A stretch of 64,000 nucleotides of DNA from a bacterium (lineage in GTDB: Bacteria; Electryoneota; Electryoneia; Electryoneales; Electryoneaceae): positions 1,632,001 through 1,696,000 of the forward strand of contig OY769902.1 of the NCBI GenBank assembly GCA_963669175.1, read 5' to 3'. Of the stretch, positions 19,764-29,628 are shown piece by piece. The position numbers and the translations under genes were made by a program. A model generated the notes under the pieces. It saw only the letters and a list, made by a program, of their open reading frames with translations. It had not been told where the DNA came from and searched no databases. Numbering within the stretch: position 1 is the stretch's first letter; the number at the start of each line of letters is the position of its first letter.

Positions 19764-20884
19764 TAGGGTTGATCGCACGCTGGCTGGCCGGGTTTGGTGA
19801 TCCCTGGGACGCCTTCCGAGTACTGGATTATGTATCTGTCCGGGGCATCGGCGCCGCCATCACCACCCTGCTGTTCATGCTGCTGCTGACTCCCCCGATG
19901 ATTCGCAAACTCTTCCTCGCCGGGCAACGGGATACGCAAAGAGACTTTGATCCACAGTTGGCACGTTCCAAGCGTGGCACGCCAACGATGGGCGGCATGA
20001 TTGTGCTGCTTTCCCTGTTTGCCAGCATGTTCCTGTGGATGAATCCCCTGAGTGCGTATACCTGGGTGTTGGGAAGCGCATTGTTGGTGTTCGGGATGCT
20101 GGGGGCGGTGGATGATGTGAACAAGGTGCGTGGCGGTAAGGCGGACGCTGGATTGTCTCGTCCAGCCAAGCTGATTGTTCAGACCGGGTACGGGCTGGCA
20201 TTGGGCATGTTCCTGTACAGTAACGCCACAACCCCATTCCCGGAGCAGATTTCTGATACGATTGGGGTGTTATTCCTCAAACCAAGCATTTACGGTGGCC
20301 TGGATGTTCACCTTGGCTGGTTTTACATCGTATTTGTCGCGTTTGTCGTGGTCGCCATTGCCAACGCGGTGAATTTGATTGACGGTCTGGATGGCCTGGC
20401 TGCAGGAACTACCATTCCTCCGGTGATGGTATTCGGCGTATTTGCGTATATCCTGGGCAACTTCCGCTTGTGCGACTACCTGCTGTACAACAACCTGCCC
20501 GGTGTACACGAGGTGACGGTTTTCGCGGCGGCGCTGATTGGAGCGTTGGTCGGGTTCCTCTGGTATAATGGTTACCCGGCGGAAGTGTTCATGGGCGATA
20601 CCGGCAGCCTGTCGCTCGGCGGGGCGCTGGCGGCGATGGTGGTGCTGACCAAGCAGGAATTCCTGTTCATTATCGCAGGCGGGCTTTTCATCTTCGTCAA
20701 TGTCACCCATGTGATCGGAGATCGTATCGGGATCTCACTGCTGGGCAAACGTATCTTCTATCGTACCCCGATTCACCATTCCTATGAATTCCTTGGCCTT
20801 GCAGAAACGAAGGTCTCGCTACGCTTTGCCATTGTCGCGTTTGTGCTGGCCATGATGGCGCTGGCGACAGTGAAAATCAGGTAA
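19760..20884 (+). CDS. mraY: Phospho-N-acetylmuramoyl-pentapeptide transferase
   Basis: KRGTPTMGG, DD, NAVNLIDGLDG, PAEVFMGDTGS, PIHH; GTGA overlap with murG. Confidence 0.92.
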   Translation: MIGLIARWLAGFGDPWDAFRVLDYVSVRGIGAAITTLLFMLLLTPPMIRKLFLAGQRDTQRDFDPQLARSKRGTPTMGGMIVLLSLFASMFLWMNPLSAYTWVLGSALLVFGMLGAVDDVNKVRGGKADAGLSRPAKLIVQTGYGLALGMFLYSNATTPFPEQISDTIGVLFLKPSIYGGLDVHLGWFYIVFVAFVVVAIANAVNLIDGLDGLAAGTTIPPVMVFGVFAYILGNFRLCDYLLYNNLPGVHEVTVFAAALIGALVGFLWYNGYPAEVFMGDTGSLSLGGALAAMVVLTKQEFLFIIAGGLFIFVNVTHVIGDRIGISLLGKRIFYRTPIHHSYEFLGLAETKVSLRFAIVAFVLAMMALATVKIR

Positions 20885-20988
20885 AAAAGGTATAGAAGGT
20901 AAAGGAAGATTGTAGTTTGAAGACATAGATTGTGCTGACTGCCCCTGCTTGCTTGCAAGCAGGGTTTATATTGATTTTTTGGTTCCAC

Positions 20989-21305
20989 ACAAGAATTTGT
21001 GCAACCGGGCAATGTTGTGGCAGGTCTTGACGCGACGGTCCGTTTTCGGCTTTCGCGATGTTTTCCCGAATACACGATGATACTGAAACCACCTCTCGTC
21101 CTGTTATTGTCGCGTTGTGACCTGCCACCGGTATCTGCACTCTCGCTGTCGTCAGGTCACAACGTGATGCCTGATGATGATCTATCATGCGAAATAGCAG
21201 CTGTGAAGTCGGACAGGTGTCTGAAATTGCGGAGAAGAACAAGAAAAAGGCATCACGTCAAGACCTGACGAAACGTGCTCGTCGGTAATATGCACAAATT
21301 CTTGT
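20989..21305. repeat. Repeat family J (four CAGGTC/GACCTG units) bounded by a perfect 15-bp inverted repeat ACAAGAATTTGTGCA
   Basis: Core 21014-21274 is an inverted homologue of 49333-49591; IR at 20989-21003 and 21291-21305. Confidence 0.72.
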
Positions 21306-21326
21306 AAGCAGCCATTCTGTTGTTAT

Positions 21327-21392
21327 CTCGCCAATTCGTGTGCGTAGGCTTATCCGTATAACGACAACAAGATAGACCAGATCACTTTTCAT
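21327..21392. repeat. Dispersed 66-bp repeat family I, copy 1
   Basis: Near-identical reverse complement of 27035-27100. Confidence 0.75.
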
Positions 21393-21619
21393 CTCCACCA
21401 GGCTGTCCAGCACGCCCCCACTTTGCGCCTCAAACAGCTCGATGAATTCAAGGGATTCCGTGGCATTATCACATCCGGCAAGAATGAGGGAAAGCTAGAT
21501 GGAATATGGTGATTGTAGCGTCCTCGAGTTGGTCTGTACGCCCGGTTTGCGTATCTTACTCACGGAATGCAACGCTGGAGAGTGCGTTATCTAGCCCGGA
21601 TATTTCATGAGTACGTGGT

Positions 21620-21772
21620 ATTCATTCTCACGAAGGTGGGAATCCAGTCATGTTTGATATTCTGACACGCTGGATACCATCGAGGAACGTGGTACATTAG
21701 AAAATTAGTATTAGTACGTAACTTTATGTCTTATAGCTACTTGCCTAGATCCCCACCTTCGTGGGGATGAAT
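21620..21772. repeat. Family C-related REP doublet (TCATTCTCACGAAGGTGGGAATCCAG / CTAGATCCCCACCTTCGTGGGGATGA)
   Basis: Two inverted hairpin units around an AT-rich spacer. Confidence 0.65.
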
Positions 21773-21976
21773 GGTTCGTGGAAAATGAGTTAGATAGTAG
21801 CAGAATGATCACCGGTACGAACTATCTCTTGATAAAATAAGTAGAAGTCCTTTCTAATACATTGATATTATAGGCTATATAATTATCTTCTATGTTACAC
21901 TCGTGAAGTATTCGGGCCACTAGGCGTTACTGGTAATCATTCAAGAAATGTCAGAGTCACCGGGGTTACTTGCAGT

Positions 21977-23230
21977 ATGGCTCAACCTCATCCCGATTCA
22001 CCGCTGCCCCCAGCGAGTTCATTGCCATCCGTGCTGATCGTGGATGACGTGATGAAGAACATTCAACTTCTCTTCTCCATCCTTGCCGATGAGGGTTTCG
22101 ATATCCATTTTGCCACCAACGGGAAAGCTGCGCTGAAGCACCTGGAAGAACGCTCGGTGGATATCATTTTGCTCGATATTATGATGCCTGAGATGGATGG
22201 TTTTACCGTCTGTAAAAAACTGAAAGAGAATGAGCGGACCCGGCATATTCCTGTCATTTTTCTGACAGCAAAGACAGATGCTGAAGATAAAGTGCGAGGT
22301 CTGTCGCTTGGTGCAGTGGATTATATGACAAAACCTTTCCATGGGCCGGAAGTGCTGGCACGTATTCGCAATCAGCTCAAAATCATAGATCAACAGAAAA
22401 CAATACAGGTTTACAATGAGAAGCTGGCGCAGATGCTGGAGGAACGCACCCGTGAACTGATTCGCACGGAACGTCAGGCGGTATTCGGGCAGTTGGTGCA
22501 GGGGATTGTTCACAACCTGAAGAACCCCCTGGCATCCGCAATGATGAGCGCTCAGATGATTACAGACAGTTTTGAAAAAGTGCTCGACCCGGATCTTTCC
22601 CAGGAAGACAAGCTGGCGATGTTCATGAAAATGAAAGATCGTGTGGAAAACGCGGTTGATTTTATCTCATTGTCCCATGAAACCCTGGATAAAATGATCA
22701 GCTCCCTGTTGGTGAAAAGCCGCATGGACAGCACGGAAAAAGAGGTTGTATTTGATCTGAATGAACTGGTGAAGCGTGAGCTGGAATTCCTGCAAGCGGA
22801 TCTTGAATTCAAGCATAACGTGGAAAAGGTTGTAGAGATGACCCCGCTACCCGCTACTATTCAAATGGCGCCGGGGAATATGAGCCAGGTCTTGCAGAAC
22901 CTGATCCGAAACGCTCTTGATGCCATGTATGCAACCAAGGAAGCACGTATTCGCATTGAGACCAGGCGCATTCATGAACATATTCAGCTGAAAATTTCCG
23001 ATAACGGTCCCGGTATCGATCAGGCTATTATTGACCAGATATTCGACCCCTTCTTCACAACCAAACCATTGGCGACCGAGTCATCTGATGATGAAGATAC
23101 CCCACGCGGCACCGGATTGGGACTGTGGATCTGTAAACAGATGATTACTACCGCCGGAGGCAATATCACCGTTCTCAGTGAGCCAGGCCAGGGAACAACC
23201 TTTACCATCACTCTGCCCCTGGCGCGATAG
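21977..23230 (+). CDS. Hybrid response regulator / histidine kinase (REC-HisKA-HATPase)
   Basis: IVDD, LLDIMMPEMDG, HNLKNPL, NLIRNA, DNGPGI, FDPFFTTK, GTGLGL. Confidence 0.93.
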   Translation: MAQPHPDSPLPPASSLPSVLIVDDVMKNIQLLFSILADEGFDIHFATNGKAALKHLEERSVDIILLDIMMPEMDGFTVCKKLKENERTRHIPVIFLTAKTDAEDKVRGLSLGAVDYMTKPFHGPEVLARIRNQLKIIDQQKTIQVYNEKLAQMLEERTRELIRTERQAVFGQLVQGIVHNLKNPLASAMMSAQMITDSFEKVLDPDLSQEDKLAMFMKMKDRVENAVDFISLSHETLDKMISSLLVKSRMDSTEKEVVFDLNELVKRELEFLQADLEFKHNVEKVVEMTPLPATIQMAPGNMSQVLQNLIRNALDAMYATKEARIRIETRRIHEHIQLKISDNGPGIDQAIIDQIFDPFFTTKPLATESSDDEDTPRGTGLGLWICKQMITTAGGNITVLSEPGQGTTFTITLPLAR

Positions 23231-23575
23231 AACAACAAGGTTATGCAACAAAAGGGATTGTTTCTTGTCGCCGTTGTGTGCTGATCAGTCCCGATGCGCT
23301 CAGAGCATAGCGGTGTAAACTGCCTGTTCAAGAATATTCCTGCTGCACAATATGTTTAAAATCAGATACTTGCGGATCGGCCACCCCAGGTTCCCCTAAT
23401 CCCGACTTGCTCATCATCCGCATCACAAGACGACGCCCCACAAATGTTGTCAACATTTCGAGAGTATCATGCTACACTTCCGGCAAATCGGGCCATGCAT
23501 TCCTGTGCAGAACTGCTGGAAACGTACAGAGTCACCCAATCTTTCGTGTAAAACCCCGAGATCCCCGTTCGAGCC

Positions 23576-23971
23576 CTGTCTCTTACCCACATCTTCTGAA
23601 AGCTGTATCAGTAAAAGAGTTGTGGACATAGCATTTTTAGAATCCCGGCGGGATTCCCTATTTTAGCATAGTGTACAGGCCGTCTGTTTGGCCTGTACAC
23701 TATGTCAGGTATTCTAACGAATAATCAACCCTGGAAGGGTTGCATAATACGCGATTCATATTAGTACGTTCAATAAATACAGGGAATAACGCATTTTATA
23801 TTCTATACAAACCAATTGGGTGTAAGTTATACGTTATGCAACCCTTCCAGGGTTGAGATAAGGTTTGATCTTTTTCGTAGGGTAGACGCTAAACAGACAG
23901 CGTCAACCCTACGCTAAAATATACCACCCCCTCTGGGGTGGCAGAAACACGAAGATGTGAGCAAGAGACAG
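23576..23971. mobile_element. MITE family A, copy 2, inserted in a family C hairpin
   Basis: Near-identical to copy 1; flanking 9-bp repeats GTTCGAGCC and GTTCAAGCC (one mismatch). Confidence 0.9.
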
Positions 23972-24032
23972 GTTCAAGCCGGGGATGACACAAGGTCAAG
24001 CCGGGGATGACATAAAGTCGAGCCGGGGATGA
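23972..24032. repeat. Tandem ~22-bp family C units (GTCAAGCCGGGGATGACA)
   Basis: Three units; two more at 24181-24222. Confidence 0.75.
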
Positions 24033-24205
24033 TCTTGACCGCATGGCCCGACTTGCAGGTTTCAAGGATGCCGTTCGAATCATACTGACAACAAATATAA
24101 ATCGTAGTCCTGGGATAATGATAATGAGCAAGTCGGGAATTGCGAAAAGTTGCAATATTATACCAGCATTTGCCTGTCAACTCAGGTCTCGGGGATGACA
24201 TAAGG

Positions 24206-25507
24206 TCAAGCCGGGGATGACATGGAGGCCTCAATCTGATCAATTCTGTCCTGGTAGCTTTTCGCGGCTGCCGGGTTCAGTTCCAGCGCACGTTTTTCCG
24301 ACATGATCGCTTCCTCATGCATGCCCTTTTTCCAGTAGACCATGGACAACGTATCCCAGATGTTGTCATCCTCCGGGGCAAACTCAACCGCTTTACGTGC
24401 CGCGTTGAGTGCGTTGTCCAGGTTCGCGCCCTGCAACGCCCAGAACCAGGAATAGGCATTCAGACCATTCGCGTCTTTCGCATTGATCAGTCCCTGGGCA
24501 TACTCGGGCCCATACGCCTGCATTGCCTTTTCTTCGTCACCGGAGGCGGTGAAAATGGCGGCCAATGCTTCCAGGTCATCCGGTGCGAGCTGATCCTTGA
24601 ACCGTTCAAACAGGATGGTAGCCTGTTTTATCCCGGCAGCCTGGCCCTTCTCTTTGTCCTCGGGATTCAGACTGGCGTAAAATCGGACAACCCACGCGAA
24701 AACGGAATAATTGTCCGGATGTGACTTTTGCAGGTCAGAGAAAATGTCCAGGATGTGCGGACGTTTTTCTTCGTTACGAAGCTGACGGGCCAACAGACTT
24801 CCCACCTCATTAAACATCACACTCTGCGGGAAATCATCAAGGAAAGCGGTCGTCTTGTCCGGCGCATTGTATACTTGGAGCGCACGTGCATATTCATACA
24901 CCGAGACATCTTCACCATTAGGACCAAAGGCTCCTTTTACGGCGCTGGCAGCGTCTTCATCTGCTACGATAGCGTCAACATATACCACCATGCTGTCAAA
25001 CATATACTTGTCCTGAAACCATCCGGCGAGTTGGGCTGCGATTTCAGGATTGGAAGGATCGGCGCTATACGCGCTTTTCATGCTCAGCAGGGTATTTTCA
25101 CCACGGAGCATGCGTTCGAGCTTCGCCTGCACCTTTTCAGGATGGGCGCCGTAACCGACGAAACGATCTACCTCTGCGCCATCAGACTGAACGACGATGA
25201 CCTGGGGAGTGCCACGTACGGCGAATCGCTCGAAAACAGCTTTGCCAGCGTCTGACGTCCTGTCAGTATGAAAGGCGACGAAATTGGACGAAATGAAATC
25301 TTCGAATTCAGGGTTGTTGAAGAACTGCTGATCCAGCAGTTTGCAGGGGGTTCACGTAGGCGAGTAGAAATCGATTACAATATGCTTGCCCTGCGCTTTC
25401 GCCTGTGCCAGGGCCGCTTCAAAATCACCCTGGAACCAGATCGACTGCTGCCTTGAGCAACCGGTCAGGAAAACCAGCAAGGCCATCATGGCCAATGTTC
25501 TCTTCAT
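24206..25507 (-). CDS. Probable selenoprotein: thioredoxin-fold (UxxC) lipoprotein with C-terminal TPR repeats, 433 aa
   Basis: GGAG RBS, ATG 25507, lipobox FLTGC, VIDFYSPT-UGA-TPC (UGA at 25354-25352), RGTP cis-Pro motif; in frame with the track ORF starting 25132; hairpin follows the UGA. Confidence 0.85.
25323..25341 (-). promoter_or_regulatory. Candidate bacterial SECIS element
   Basis: AACUGCUG-GAU-CAGCAGUU stem starts 10 nt after the UGA; G-initiated loop 18 nt from the UGA. Confidence 0.7.
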
Positions 25508-25605
25508 GCACTACTCCAAATGGTTCTATGTTCTCGTAAAGACTTACTCTTGTCGCAGCAACCTTCCCGTGAAGGGAACAAGATAAGGTTTCAGTCCGTA
25601 GAGTG

Positions 25606-26012
25606 CTAACCCGGATATTGCACGACTGGCACTTGCACATATGATCCTTGATGGAAATGCCAGGGCAAGAATCCTCGATGGAAAGGGCAGGAGGAGAACC
25701 ACGGCAGTGGTTCTCGGTATTAGCCCACCGTCCAGCGCCGTCTGTTTGGCGCTCACGGTGGGAAATGAATGCTCTCCTCATGAACAACCCCGGTAGCGGG
25801 TTGCCTAACCATTCATGTTGTATATCTTTATTAATCTTTAGGTTACTCCTACCGGAGTAAATATATGGTGGGAATCATCTCCCCGGGTAGCCGCCAAACA
25901 AACGGCGGCTACCCGGGGCTAATACAGGTTGCCCCTGCCGGGGCGGTTTCCGAAACCCAGCCTCATTTTGCCAGCGAAACGGGAATAGCCACGCAATGGG
26001 ATACCGTAGCAA
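25606..26012. repeat. Repeat family D, copy 2 (inverted relative to copy 1)
   Basis: Reverse-complement homology to 9497-9863. Confidence 0.85.
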
Positions 26013-26108
26013 TTTGTACCCTGAATAATGCTGAATGATTCAGTTGTATTGTGCTGATATGAACTGTGTTAAGATTATTCTCCATGTTTCGTTCATGAAG
26101 TATTCGGG

Positions 26109-26939
26109 CTAGGTGAATAGAGGATTTCCGACACAGTAGTTCAGAAATTCCGTATGCGCCTTATCGCCTCTCAGGATCAAGTCAACTGCCTGGTCCAGTT
26201 TGTCCAGTTCTTCCCTGTCAAGATTGGCGTATTTCTTTTCGGAAAGCTGAAAATCGGTCCAGGGCAAGACTTCATCCTGCATCAGATCATGGATGTCGCA
26301 AAGCAGTGCAGAAAGGACGAACTCCCAGCCGCCTTCCCACCCATCTCCCATGATACCAAAAGCATTGGTGTTCAGCTTGCGCTTCCGGCATTGCAGCCAT
26401 ACCTCAGCGCCTGACATGAATCCTGCTGAAGACACATCCAGAGCATCAATCTGAAATCGTTCCCTGGCCAGCAACGGATTCATCTCCGTGTCAATCCGTG
26501 TCCATTGCTGACTGTTTTCATTCCAGTATTCACAAATAGAATGATCTTCGTGCTGTTCTGGATGCATATACATTTCGAATCCGTGCCGCACTCGTGCCGG
26601 TATCCCGGAGTGCCGAAGCAGTGCGCAGGTGAGAACGGCGTGGTGAGTGCAAATGCCGATAAGACGGTGTTCAGGTGGGCGGAAATGAGATATAGGTCTT
26701 TCATCCATCCGTAACACTATTGGTACAAGTTGTGATACTTCCAGGGTGTTGATTTCACGTTGAAGATCACGATCGGTAAAGGAAGCGACGTATTGCGATA
26801 CCATATCAACGGGAAGCACCAATCCTTTCACTATGGAAAAGATGGCTTCCGGATCGGGTTCAATCATACCGAACCACTCTTTCGTGTCGCCAGGATCGGT
26901 GACAACACTATGGATACTGTAGTACTCTTGAGGTGACAT
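26109..26939 (-). CDS. Transglutaminase-like domain protein
   Basis: GICTHHA, LLRHSGIPARVRHGF, DHSICEYW, WTRID (Cys-His-Asp triad). Confidence 0.85.
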   Translation of the reverse strand: MSPQEYYSIHSVVTDPGDTKEWFGMIEPDPEAIFSIVKGLVLPVDMVSQYVASFTDRDLQREINTLEVSQLVPIVLRMDERPISHFRPPEHRLIGICTHHAVLTCALLRHSGIPARVRHGFEMYMHPEQHEDHSICEYWNENSQQWTRIDTEMNPLLARERFQIDALDVSSAGFMSGAEVWLQCRKRKLNTNAFGIMGDGWEGGWEFVLSALLCDIHDLMQDEVLPWTDFQLSEKKYANLDREELDKLDQAVDLILRGDKAHTEFLNYCVGNPLFT

Positions 26940-27034
26940 GGTAAGATTTCTCCCAGTCTTTTAGGGGCAATTCTCATGAACAATGTAAGAAAATGAGAAA
27001 AGTTCGCTATTCAAGTGCTCCACCTTCGGTGGAC

Positions 27035-27100
27035 ATGAAAAGTGATCTGGTCTAACCTGTTGTCGTTATACGGATACGCCTACCCACACGAAGTAGCGAG
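27035..27100. repeat. Repeat family I, copy 2
   Basis: Inverted match to 21327-21392. Confidence 0.75.
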
Positions 27101-27162
27101 GCGCCAAGATACGAAGAGTCTGGCTCTAAAAACGTAATCAGCCACATCCAATCAGTGAAAAA

Positions 27163-27190
27163 ACGGCTCACTTCATCGGAAGTGAGCCGT
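27163..27190 (-). terminator. Intrinsic terminator of the ankyrin gene
   Basis: ACGGCTCACTTC-ATCG-GAAGTGAGCCGT preceded by an A-run. Confidence 0.7.
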
Positions 27191-27222
27191 CCAAAGTTCA
27201 AACAAAATGAATCGCCACTACC

Positions 27223-29439
27223 CTATTTCCCATCCTGTTTTTCCTGCTGTGTTTCAGGTGCAGGGGCGGCGTCTGCCGGGGGCGCCGGTTTTTCCATTTC
27301 GACAGCGCCGTGTGCGACCAGGTAATCACGCATTTCCGCGGTCTGGGCGCGTGGGATCGGGGATTGCAGGCTGACCATCAGCGGGGTGTTGCCGAGTTGG
27401 TCAACACGGTTGACATCGGCGCCATGTTCCACCAGCAGTTGCACCACATTAAACGAATTCCGCCATGCCGCAAGGTGTAATGCGGTTGCTTTGTAGCTGT
27501 CTTCTACCTCGATATTCAGGCCGCCATCGAGCAGGGCTTCCGCGGCTGGACGGGCGTCGGTCCAGGCGGCGTAATGCAGCGGGCTGGCATGGTTCGAGTT
27601 GAAGACCTCCAGCTTTGCGCCATGTTGGGTCAGCCAGCGAATTGCGCCCGGTTTATTCTCCCAGGCGGCGTAGTGAATGGGACGTTCCATCCGACGGTCC
27701 GCGGCATTCACATTCGCGCCTTTATCTACCAACTGTTCCAGGATTCCCATATCGCCGATCTTGGCGGCAAGGTGGATGGGCGTATCGCCTTCCTTGTCAG
27801 GAACATTGGGATCTGCGCCATGCTCGAGCAGATAGGTTACCTGTTCACGTTTGACCTCGGTGATCGCATGATGCAGCGCGGTCATGCCATCCTTGTCGGC
27901 AGCATTGATATCCGCGCCATGTTCCAGGAAGAAGTTTGTCATCTCAAAGCCCTCGTTCTGCAGGGAGAGGGAGATGACGTTGCGACCGTATTTGTCCTTG
28001 GCTTTGATATCCGCCCCACGTTCCAGCAGCAGCGTCGCGACATCCATCGACTTGTCGCTGGTGGCATAGAGCAGGGGAGTGGCTTCAAACTTGTTCCGCG
28101 CTTCAATCTCCGCGCCCTTGTCCAGCAGGAAAGTGGTCATTTCCAGGTCGTTTTCCATGACCGTCTGATGCAACGGAGTAAACTGGTTCCGGTCCGGGAT
28201 ATTGATGTTTGCGCCCTTCTTGATAAGCAGCTCCGCCATGTCGGTATGCTTGTCCTTGATGGCGATCATCAACGGGGTTTCAGCGGCGTTGTTGTGAGCG
28301 TTCACATTGGCGCCCTTTTTCAACAACAACTTGGCAATATCAATACTGTTGTGGTAGGCGGCAGCATGAAGCGGCGTTTCATCTTTTTCGCTGGTAGAAT
28401 CAATCTTCGCGCCACGCTTAATGAGCAGCTTTGCTACATCCATCGATCCGGTACGAGCGGCGTCGTGCAGCGGAGTCTCACCCTGGTAACCGCTGACGAT
28501 ATTGACATCCACTCCGGCATCGAGCAGCAGTTTGGCGACTTTCTTCGAGTTGGTGCGTGCGGCAAGATGCAGCGGGGTAAAGCCCTGAAAATTCATCTCG
28601 GTCAGGTCCGCGCCGTGCTCGATGAATTCTTTTGCCAGGGAAGCGTCATCCGTTTCACATGCATCGAAGAAAGTCTTGATATTCAGATCAGCGCCTGCTT
28701 CCATCAGCAGTTCACGCATTTCTGTCAGGTCACGATTTTCATCGCTCCGTGCCTTTCGCAAGGGAGTTTCGCCTTCGTTGTCCTGGGCATTGACATTTGC
28801 GCCGTGCGCCAGGAGCAGTTTGGCGGAGTCTATAGCGCCATACCCGGCAGCCAGGTGCAGGGCTGTAGCGCCGTAGTTGGTCACAGCGTTCACATCCGCA
28901 CCGTTGTCCAGCAGAACAGCTACGACATCGGCTTTATCATCTGCGGCGAAATAATGCAGGGGCGTATACCCCAGTTCATCAACTGCATTGATATCCGCGC
29001 CCAGCTTGATCAGGTGTTCGCAGGTGGCCGGGTTTGTGGCCATGTGAATGGGACGTGAGCCGACGCTGTTGATCGCAGTAATATCGGCGCCATATTCAAT
29101 CAGCAGGTCGATAAACTCAGGTGATCCGCCCCAGGCGGCAATGTGGATCGGTTGATTGCCGACAATGCCCTCTTCGGCGTCTACTTTTGCGCCGTTCTCC
29201 AGCAGCAGACGAGCGACTTCCACGGCATTGTGGCGCGCCGCAGTGTGCAATGGCGTATCGTTGATGCCATCCTGTTTTTTCTTAACACTGGCGCCTTCAT
29301 CGATCAGTTTCTGCACAGCTTCGACATCATTGTCTTCAACTGCCTTGAACAGGTCCGGTGTCTCCCCGGCAACCACGCCCCCGGCGAGTACCGCGACAAG
29401 CAGTATCAACAGGCTGTAATGGAATACAGAACGCTGCAC
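27223..29439 (-). CDS. Secreted ankyrin repeat protein (about 20 repeats)
   Basis: Signal peptide; many TPLH.AA...LL..GADVN repeats. Confidence 0.93.
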   Translation of the reverse strand: MQRSVFHYSLLILLVAVLAGGVVAGETPDLFKAVEDNDVEAVQKLIDEGASVKKKQDGINDTPLHTAARHNAVEVARLLLENGAKVDAEEGIVGNQPIHIAAWGGSPEFIDLLIEYGADITAINSVGSRPIHMATNPATCEHLIKLGADINAVDELGYTPLHYFAADDKADVVAVLLDNGADVNAVTNYGATALHLAAGYGAIDSAKLLLAHGANVNAQDNEGETPLRKARSDENRDLTEMRELLMEAGADLNIKTFFDACETDDASLAKEFIEHGADLTEMNFQGFTPLHLAARTNSKKVAKLLLDAGVDVNIVSGYQGETPLHDAARTGSMDVAKLLIKRGAKIDSTSEKDETPLHAAAYHNSIDIAKLLLKKGANVNAHNNAAETPLMIAIKDKHTDMAELLIKKGANINIPDRNQFTPLHQTVMENDLEMTTFLLDKGAEIEARNKFEATPLLYATSDKSMDVATLLLERGADIKAKDKYGRNVISLSLQNEGFEMTNFFLEHGADINAADKDGMTALHHAITEVKREQVTYLLEHGADPNVPDKEGDTPIHLAAKIGDMGILEQLVDKGANVNAADRRMERPIHYAAWENKPGAIRWLTQHGAKLEVFNSNHASPLHYAAWTDARPAAEALLDGGLNIEVEDSYKATALHLAAWRNSFNVVQLLVEHGADVNRVDQLGNTPLMVSLQSPIPRAQTAEMRDYLVAHGAVEMEKPAPPADAAPAPETQQEKQDGK

Positions 29440-29628
29440 CCGGCTATCCTCCCGTCAGATTTGTTGTGTGATGGTAAGTGAGCGTCGAAAATAGTGCCCT
29501 ATCAGCATGGGACATTTCTTTCGAGAGCCACTGTAGTTCTCACCAAAACAAGAGTGTACGGTATACACCCGGTTCCTGACAAGAGGTTCCAGAATGCAAA
29601 CTATATTGGTCAGACTCAGGGAGAATGA

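Noticed and set aside
21588-21798. Possible additional TIR pair around the 21620-21772 doublet (and weak ends of family D)
   Set aside because: Inverted similarity is too degenerate to call without alignment to more copies.
25352-25354. Nonsense mutation / pseudogene reading of the in-frame TGA
   Set aside because: The stop falls exactly on the redox Cys position, is followed by a SECIS-like hairpin, and the rest of the frame is intact; Sec is more parsimonious, though unproven.
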